From positions 1 to 22,846 of the forward strand of contig JBBISH010000103.1 of assembly GCA_037441385.1 (NCBI GenBank): a DNA stretch of 22,846 bases, read 5' to 3'. This DNA is from Myxococcales bacterium (GTDB lineage: Bacteria > Myxococcota_A > UBA9042). Below, piece by piece: positions 16,900-22,846 of the stretch. Both the position numbers and the translations under genes were made by a program. Under the pieces are notes generated by a model. It ran no database searches. It was not told where the DNA came from and saw nothing but the letters and a program-made list of their open reading frames with translations. The stretch's first letter is position 1, and every line of letters begins with the position of its first letter.

Positions 16900-18014
16900 C
16901 GGCGCCCCTGACCGCGGCGAGAAAGGTTGAGCAGAAAACCGACGGCCACCAGCACGGTCAGCGCACTGGACCCGCCGTACGAAAACAAGGGCAGCGTGAT
17001 CCCCACCACCGGCAGAAGGCCGATGACCATGCCGGCGTTGATGAAGAATTGCCAGAAGACCAGCGCAGCAACCCCGATGGCCAGCAGCGCGTCGAATCGT
17101 TCGGTGGCGCGATTGGCGATGGCGAGACCCCAGCCGACCACGCCCGTGTAGAGCAGGAACAGCACGGTCGCTCCCACCAGCCCAAACCGCGTACACAGGG
17201 GCGCCAAGGCAAAATCGGTATGCACAAAGGGCAAGTGGCGCAACACCGATTGGCGGGCATCGGCGTCGGTCTTGCCCCACAGCCGCCCTGATCCCACCGC
17301 CCACAGCGCCTGCTCGGCCTGGGTGCGTTCGGACGGCGCCCGTGGGCGCTCTTCCTCTTCGACGATGGCTTGGTACCAGGCCTCGGCCCGGCCCTTTTGG
17401 TAGTCGCGGATCAGGCCGGTTTCCCAAGCGACGCTGGCGCCCAACACGACCACGATCATCGCGAGCACCGCCGATCGACCGCGGATGCCTTCGTACAGGA
17501 TCATCGACCCGCCGATGGCCGCCACCACCAGGGACGTGCCCAGGTCGGGCTCGCGGTTGATGAGGATCACGGGCACGGCGACCAAAGCGGCCGGACGGAT
17601 CAAGTCGCGCAGGCGCCAATTTTCGCTGGCGCGGCGCTTGTCGAACCAATCTGCCACGACCAAGATGATCGATAGCTTCATGAATTCACTTGGCTGCAGA
17701 CTCATCGGCCCCAGCTCGATCCAACGCCGGCTGTAATTGATTTCGCGACCTATGACGAGCACCAGCACCAGCAGGATATTCAGGGCAAAGTACACGGACA
17801 TGCCCACGCGGCGCACGTAGACCGGATCGATGGCCGCCACCAGACCCGCGCCGACCAGACCGAGCACGAACCAGATGATCTGGGTGCGATGGTAGGTGGT
17901 CTGCATCAAGCTGTCGGTAAACACCAAATTGTCCACGGCGACCGCGCAGATCGCGATCGTGCACAGCAGGCCGATGACCGTGCTGGGCCGGCGCATGGAG
18001 CTGAAGACGCTCAT
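16896..18014 (-). CDS. rodA: Rod shape-determining SEDS peptidoglycan polymerase RodA
   Basis: Start ATG 18014 overlaps the mrdA stop. RRWI..G..LQPSEFMK, EPDLGT, AVGSG, HTDF, LPVVGITLPLFSYGGSS. Confidence 0.95.
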   Translation of the reverse strand: MSVFSSMRRPSTVIGLLCTIAICAVAVDNLVFTDSLMQTTYHRTQIIWFVLGLVGAGLVAAIDPVYVRRVGMSVYFALNILLVLVLVIGREINYSRRWIELGPMSLQPSEFMKLSIILVVADWFDKRRASENWRLRDLIRPAALVAVPVILINREPDLGTSLVVAAIGGSMILYEGIRGRSAVLAMIVVVLGASVAWETGLIRDYQKGRAEAWYQAIVEEEERPRAPSERTQAEQALWAVGSGRLWGKTDADARQSVLRHLPFVHTDFALAPLCTRFGLVGATVLFLLYTGVVGWGLAIANRATERFDALLAIGVAALVFWQFFINAGMVIGLLPVVGITLPLFSYGGSSALTVLVAVGFLLNLSRRGQGRR

Positions 18015-20344
18015 GGCGCGTCCTCCGGACCAGGCTCGGGCGGCGAAGGATCGGGCTCGACGCTTGGGGTGTCGTTGCCATCGTGCGGCGCACCTTCGTC
18101 GGCGGCGTCGTCGGCCTGTTCGACGGGCAGCGGCTTCTTCTTCTCGCGCACCGGCGCGGGCTCCAGGTCCGGGGGCGCCGGGTGTTTGGCGAACCACGCG
18201 TCGACGATTTGGCGAGCGATCGGCGCCGCGTTGTGGCCACCCGAACCGCCGTGCTCGATGAGCACCGCCACCACCACCTTGGGCGTGCCCCACGGCGCCC
18301 ACCCCACGAACCAGGAGTGATCGTTCTGCAACCACGCGGTCAACCGCGCCAATTGGCCAGGATCGTCCTTGAGTCGCTCGACCATCTCTTTGCGCAAACG
18401 CTGAGGCGCTTGGGCCGTACCCGTCTTGCCGGCCATCACCACCGAGTCCGGCTTGCTGCCAAACGCGGTGCCGCCCTCTTCGTTCACCACCGCGCGGAGC
18501 GCCGCCCGTACCAACTGCAGGTTGGCTTTCTTGACGCCGATGTCGCGACCTGGCAGCCGGTTGGGCGCGATCAGCTTGCCGGCGGCGTCCTCAAATCCCT
18601 CGACGATCGTGAGCGACGGCAGTTGCCCGCCGTTGGCCAGCGCCGCGTAGACCCGAGCAATCTGCAGCGGCGACGCCAACACGTCCTTCTGCCCCACCGC
18701 GGTGGACAGGGCGAACCCGGGGAAATAGCCGCCGGGCACATGCTGCCGGTACCACTCGCGCGACGGAACCCGGCCCACCGACTCGCGGATTTCGATACCG
18801 GTCGGCTCGCCAAAGCCCAGGCGGCGCGACCACTCTTCCAGGCGTTCGATGCCCAGCTCTTCGCCCACGCGGTAGAAGAACACGTCGCAACTGCCGCGCA
18901 AGGCGTCGTGGACGTCGACCTCGCCGTGGCCGCGGCGGTTGTGGCAGTGGAAGCGCCGGCCGCCAAAATCGTAGTGACCGCTGCAGGTGTACTCGCTTTT
19001 GGCGTTGATGATCCCCTCTTGCAGCCCGGCCAGCGCGGCCACCACTTTGTAGGTCGAAGCCGGCGGATAGCCGCGCAGCGCCTTGTTGAGCAAGGGCGCA
19101 TAAGCACTGATTTCGTCAAGTGGTCTGGCCTGCGGCGCGTGCTTGCCGCTCAGCTCGTTGGGGTCAAAGCTGGGCTTGGCATACATCGCCAGGATGTAGC
19201 CGGTCGACGGGTCGATGACCACGGCCGCGCCCGAATAGACATCCTTCATAGCCACTTTGACGGCGCGCTGCAGGTCGACGTCCAAGGTGAGCCGCACGGT
19301 GGCCCCGGCCACGACTTGCCGCGGTTTCAGCGCCGCCACTAGGTCGTCCAGGTCGTGTGCCGCCTCTTCGCCGCTGGGCTTCTTGACGATCAACTGCTCG
19401 CCGTCCAAGCCGCGCAGGGCTTCGTCAAACGCCAGTTCCAGCCCCGAGCGGCCGACGCGGTCCGACATGCCAAAGCGCGGCGTGCCAAACGGCAGCGGCG
19501 GCTCCAGGTCGCGCGGCCCGACGTAGCCCATGTAACCCAGCACATGGCTTGCCAAATACCGGTAGGGGTACTCGCGCTGGATGTCGGCCACCACGCGCGC
19601 CTCGGGCAGCCGGTGCAGGTTGGCGCGCAAGACCGCCACTTCGTCGTTGAAGGTGCGGCGGCACAGCGGGCAGCGCAGGATGTGCGGCTCCATGCGCAAA
19701 GGCTGCCCGTCGTAGGCGCAGTGATCGCCGTCAAGGAATTCGCGATCGCACGCCACGCAGTGCCAGCCACCGTTGCCCGACGCCACCAACCGGCGCTGAT
19801 CGAAAGGACAGGTCTTCTTTTGCGGCACCGCCTCGAAGTGGCGCCCACAGGTCGTGCAGTAGCCGTGCGGCTGCTCGGTGGTCAGCTCCAGCGCACTCGA
19901 GTCGTAGGGGCAGTGGGTCGACACCAGATCGCGCCGCACCGTCAGGGGCCGCCGCTTGCGCGGATCGACCGGCTTCTTGAGCTCATTGATCACGCTGGCG
20001 CGCTCGGCGTCGGTCATGTCGAGCAACTCGGCCAGCGTCGCGGCGATCGGCTCGATCCGCTCGGGCTTGACGCGATTGGTCATGATCTCAAGCGAATGAC
20101 TCTCGATGTTGCGGGCCAGCACCGTGCCGTCGCTCGTCTTGATGAGGCCGCGCGGGGCCTGCGCCCGTACCCGCGACACCCGCTCGATCGCTGCGTATTT
20201 TTGGTAGCGATCGCCGCGCACCACCTGCACCAGCACCAGCCGCGCCACCAGGGCCGCCACAGCCGCCAAAACCAGCACCATCGCCACCCGGAAGTGCGGG
20301 CGATAGCGCTGCGGATCGTGCGATTTGCCGAGCGACAGCCCCAT
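18011..20344 (-). CDS. mrdA: Penicillin-binding protein 2 with a Cys-rich insertion
   Basis: N-terminal TM helix; APRGLI, REYPY..ASHVLGYMG, GRSGLE, LTLDVDLQ; active-site STYK, SCD and KTGTAQ; DHSWFVG; located between mreD and rodA. Confidence 0.96.
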   Translation of the reverse strand: MGLSLGKSHDPQRYRPHFRVAMVLVLAAVAALVARLVLVQVVRGDRYQKYAAIERVSRVRAQAPRGLIKTSDGTVLARNIESHSLEIMTNRVKPERIEPIAATLAELLDMTDAERASVINELKKPVDPRKRRPLTVRRDLVSTHCPYDSSALELTTEQPHGYCTTCGRHFEAVPQKKTCPFDQRRLVASGNGGWHCVACDREFLDGDHCAYDGQPLRMEPHILRCPLCRRTFNDEVAVLRANLHRLPEARVVADIQREYPYRYLASHVLGYMGYVGPRDLEPPLPFGTPRFGMSDRVGRSGLELAFDEALRGLDGEQLIVKKPSGEEAAHDLDDLVAALKPRQVVAGATVRLTLDVDLQRAVKVAMKDVYSGAAVVIDPSTGYILAMYAKPSFDPNELSGKHAPQARPLDEISAYAPLLNKALRGYPPASTYKVVAALAGLQEGIINAKSEYTCSGHYDFGGRRFHCHNRRGHGEVDVHDALRGSCDVFFYRVGEELGIERLEEWSRRLGFGEPTGIEIRESVGRVPSREWYRQHVPGGYFPGFALSTAVGQKDVLASPLQIARVYAALANGGQLPSLTIVEGFEDAAGKLIAPNRLPGRDIGVKKANLQLVRAALRAVVNEEGGTAFGSKPDSVVMAGKTGTAQAPQRLRKEMVERLKDDPGQLARLTAWLQNDHSWFVGWAPWGTPKVVVAVLIEHGGSGGHNAAPIARQIVDAWFAKHPAPPDLEPAPVREKKKPLPVEQADDAADEGAPHDGNDTPSVEPDPSPPEPGPEDAP

Positions 20345-20347
20345 GGT

Positions 20348-20866
20348 CTAGCGCCTCAGCAGCAAGTTGCCGTGGGCATGGCTGTCCAGGCGGCGGCGGA
20401 TGCGCTCCATGAGCCAAAACTGCAGCGGACTCACCAACATCGTCGTGAGCGCCAGCGGCAGCGCCGTGGTCAGCACCTCGGCGTAGGCGTCAAAGGCGCG
20501 GTGGAAGACCGACTCGAAGGCCAAGAACAGGCCGCTGGCCAGCAGCGAGATCGCCGCCGAGCTCGCCATCACCGGCAGCGGACTGACCAAATCGACCCGC
20601 GCCTGCAAAAAGCGCCCGATCAGCGCCACCAGAACCGCAATCTCCGTGTACACGCCCACCGGCGCCGACAGCGAGAATCCGTCTTTGAGCAGGCCGACGA
20701 CAAAGGCCATCGCCACCGCCGGACCAGTCTCTAGGCGGGACCCCAAGTAAAGCGCTGAAATCAACGCCACATCCGGCGCGTACAGCTGCACATCGAGCCG
20801 ACCCAGCAGCGGGCTGAGCAGCGCAAGGAAAAGGTAGGTCAGGGCGACCCAGGCCAAGTACTTCAC
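20348..20866 (-). CDS. mreD: Rod shape-determining protein MreD
   Basis: 172-aa polytopic membrane protein with PDVALI and AFVVGLLKDGFS..PVG, lying between mreC and mrdA; GTGA overlap with the mreC stop. Confidence 0.88.
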   Translation of the reverse strand: MKYLAWVALTYLFLALLSPLLGRLDVQLYAPDVALISALYLGSRLETGPAVAMAFVVGLLKDGFSLSAPVGVYTEIAVLVALIGRFLQARVDLVSPLPVMASSAAISLLASGLFLAFESVFHRAFDAYAEVLTTALPLALTTMLVSPLQFWLMERIRRRLDSHAHGNLLLRR

Positions 20867-21810
20867 GGCGGCGCATCCGGGGTGTTGGCAGGGTCGATGT
20901 TGCGGCGACCGCTGGGTTTGCTGGGTTCACTGGCCGGCTTGCCCTCCGGCTCGGCCATGGCGCCGCGGTAGTTGACGACGATCAACACCTCTTCCAGGGT
21001 GGCGTAGGACACGGCCGGGGCCAAGACGAATTCGTAGTACGGGCCCGAGCGGGTCGGCGTGCCTTCGGCGATGTGGCCGATCTCCAAACCGGCAGGGAAC
21101 ACGCGGTCGTGGCCGGTGGTGTAGACGGCGTCGCCCACGCCCAGGGGCATGCCGCGCTCTGCGTCGTCCAGGTGCACGAATTGCGCCGAAAACTCGTTGC
21201 GTTTGCCGCGACCGCGCACCGAGCCAACCACGCCCTTGCCCGGTACGGTGGCGTGCACCTGCGAGCGCGCGTCGGTGACCAGCATCACGTCGGCCCAGTT
21301 CCCGCTCAGTTTCTCGATGCGGCCGACCACGCCGTCGTGGGTGATCACCGCCTGACCCTCGCGCGCACTCGCCGCGCCCTCTACGTCCAAACGCAAGCGA
21401 ACCACTTGAAAGAACTGCGACACGTCGCGACCCACCACGCGGGCCGGCACGGTCTCGAACTCTTTGGCCCGCTCGCGAAAACCGCACAGCTGCTTGATAC
21501 GCGCCAGTTCGGCGGCCTGCGTGCGCGATCGCAGCGCTTCGCCCAGCAGGATCTTGTTCTCGCGCTCCAGCTCGCGGTTGCGCTCTTCCACCCGCGTGAG
21601 CACCACATACGCCGACAACAGATCACCCACGCCGGCCACCACATCGTGGCTCACGCGCGTCACCGGCGAGGTCACCGCCAACAGACCGCGCTCGATGACC
21701 GACGTCTCTTTGCGCGCCTTGCCGTGAAAGTACATCGACGCCACCGGCGCCACCAAGACGACGATCAGCAGCAGGGTCTGTCGATATCGCGTCAGCAGAT
21801 CGCGCCACAT
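20863..21810 (-). CDS. mreC: Rod shape-determining protein MreC
   Basis: N-terminal TM helix, coiled coil (ERNRELERENK), PARVVGRD, AVIT..GVVGRI, GDAVYTTGHDRVFPAGLEIG, LEEVLIV. Confidence 0.95.
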   Translation of the reverse strand: MWRDLLTRYRQTLLLIVVLVAPVASMYFHGKARKETSVIERGLLAVTSPVTRVSHDVVAGVGDLLSAYVVLTRVEERNRELERENKILLGEALRSRTQAAELARIKQLCGFRERAKEFETVPARVVGRDVSQFFQVVRLRLDVEGAASAREGQAVITHDGVVGRIEKLSGNWADVMLVTDARSQVHATVPGKGVVGSVRGRGKRNEFSAQFVHLDDAERGMPLGVGDAVYTTGHDRVFPAGLEIGHIAEGTPTRSGPYYEFVLAPAVSYATLEEVLIVVNYRGAMAEPEGKPASEPSKPSGRRNIDPANTPDAPP

Positions 21811-21844
21811 GGTCGTCCGCGCCCGCGGCAGCCGGGGCCGGGCG

Positions 21845-21873
21845 AGTGTACCGCGAGCGCGGTTGGGCGGCTA
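21845..21873 (-). promoter_or_regulatory. Possible promoter of the mreC operon
   Basis: Minus strand TAGCCG (21873-21868), 17-nt spacer, TACACT (21850-21845); the palindrome accgcg-ag-cgcggt (21850-21863) lies essentially in the spacer. Confidence 0.4.
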
Positions 21874-22311
21874 TCCTTGCGTATCCATCGATTGTCGCAA
21901 CGCAATCTGCCGATCGTGTCGCACCGACGTGACCAAGTGGACCACGAGCCACAACGATGCCGCCACCAGCAGCGCCACCGGCACCCAGAACCACGGCGTG
22001 GCGCCCGCCGCGGTGCCGATCAGCGGCGACACCGCCCGATCGATCAGCAAATTGCCCCAGACGCTGGTGGTCGCCAGCGCGAGCACGGTCAGGACGACGC
22101 GGCGCACCAGTCCGGCGTTCTGCCGCCAACGCATGAAATTGCCAGCCAGAATGTTGGTCGCCACTCCCATCGCCAGGTAGACCAGCCAGTCGCCCAGATC
22201 GATGTAGAGCGCCACCAGAGCCGTGGCCAAGGTGCTCAGAAGGTGCGCCGCCATGGCCAGCCGCAGCCACCGCGGCGAGTGACGCAGCTCTTGGACGGGC
22301 GCCAGCGTCAC
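21871..22311 (-). CDS. Small membrane protein of unknown function (about 4 TM helices)
   Basis: Four hydrophobic segments in the 3' part of the 21871-22593 ORF; start uncertain (GTG 22311 chosen) because the upstream part looks non-coding. Confidence 0.65.
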   Translation of the reverse strand: MTLAPVQELRHSPRWLRLAMAAHLLSTLATALVALYIDLGDWLVYLAMGVATNILAGNFMRWRQNAGLVRRVVLTVLALATTSVWGNLLIDRAVSPLIGTAAGATPWFWVPVALLVAASLWLVVHLVTSVRHDRQIALRQSMDTQG

Positions 22312-22522
22312 GTCGGCCAGCGTTTCTAGCGTTGAGTGGTGAGCCGAAGGCGCGCTCGCCACCTGCACCGGCGGATCGCCAGGCGGACGACCGGGCGCGG
22401 TGGTCTGCGGGTCCGCATTTGGCGGGGTCGCTGGCGGTGGGGAATGCGACTGCACGCCGCGACGTTGGCAGGATGCGCCGCGACTTGCAAGGTCGGTCCG
22501 GCGATTTTCCGCGCGCCAGATC

Positions 22523-22550
22523 TTGCGCGGTGGCGGTGCTGGCCTATCCT
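22523..22550 (+). promoter_or_regulatory. Possible sigma70-type promoter of the last gene
   Basis: TTGCGC (22523-22528), 16-nt spacer, TATCCT (22545-22550). Confidence 0.35.
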
Positions 22551-22640
22551 TTTGGGCCGCATCGCCAGCCGAACGGGTTGGACCGCGCCGCACCGCAGGA
22601 GAAGGAACCGCTGCGACAGGGACGGGGGCTTGAGGAGAAC

Positions 22641-22846
22641 ATGAAGAAGGAACAGATCATCTTGGTGCTGATCGCCGTGTTCATCGGCGGTTACATTGTC
22701 GGCCGCGTCACCCACAAGGGCAGCGGTGCGCCCGCGGCGGCCCCCAGTCAGACCGCGATGGCGCCGGCATCGGTGGAACCGCCTGCCGCCGCCCCGCCTT
22801 CTGCGCCCGCGCCGTCGCCCAGCCCGGCCCCGTCGCCCTCGCCCAG
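22641..22846 (+). CDS. 5' part of a membrane-anchored/exported protein with a Pro/Ala/Ser linker (runs off the window)
   Basis: RBS GAGGAG, ATG 22641, translation MKKEQIILVLIAVFIGGYIVGRVTHKGSGAPAAAPSQTAMAPASVEPPAAAPPSAPAPSPSPAPSPSP with no stop; absent from the ORF track because it is truncated. Confidence 0.8.
   Translation, partial: MKKEQIILVLIAVFIGGYIVGRVTHKGSGAPAAAPSQTAMAPASVEPPAAAPPSAPAPSPSPAPSPSP

Noticed and set aside
16900..18335. Long N-terminal extensions of the GT-C (to 17649) and RodA (to 18335) ORFs
   Set aside because: They overlap rodA and mrdA in other frames; ATGA-coupled starts at 16899 and 18014 fit the homology.
19649..19915. PBP2 insert as an intein or a multiheme cytochrome c segment
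   Set aside because: No intein splice motifs (no terminal HN followed by C/S/T) and none of the CxxC motifs is CxxCH.

Overview
GC-rich bacterial chromosomal region, mostly core genes. The Cys-rich secreted protein, membrane Ser/Thr kinase and unlinked mreB suggest a Myxococcota/deltaproteobacterial lineage (inference). From left to right: a structured non-coding flank, tRNA(CAT), rpsI, rplM and metK (all minus strand); a divergent plus-strand unit with a 731-aa Cys-rich lipoprotein carrying three somatomedin-B-like domains, then TatD and TcdA; a hypothetical protein and Bcp peroxiredoxin (minus); a metallophosphoesterase (plus); then a long minus-strand run read mreC-mreD-mrdA(PBP2)-rodA-TMTC-like glycosyltransferase-HD hydrolase-TolB-Ser/Thr kinase; a small membrane protein; and a truncated plus-strand gene. 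The most unusual signal is an 89-aa insertion in the periplasmic pedestal region of PBP2, made of alternating CxxD and CxxC motifs (candidate triple Cys3Asp zinc ribbon). The same motif type caps the N-terminus of the kinase at the end of the gene run, and a TMTC-like GT-C gene is translationally coupled to rodA. All calls come from reading motifs by eye; no searches were run.
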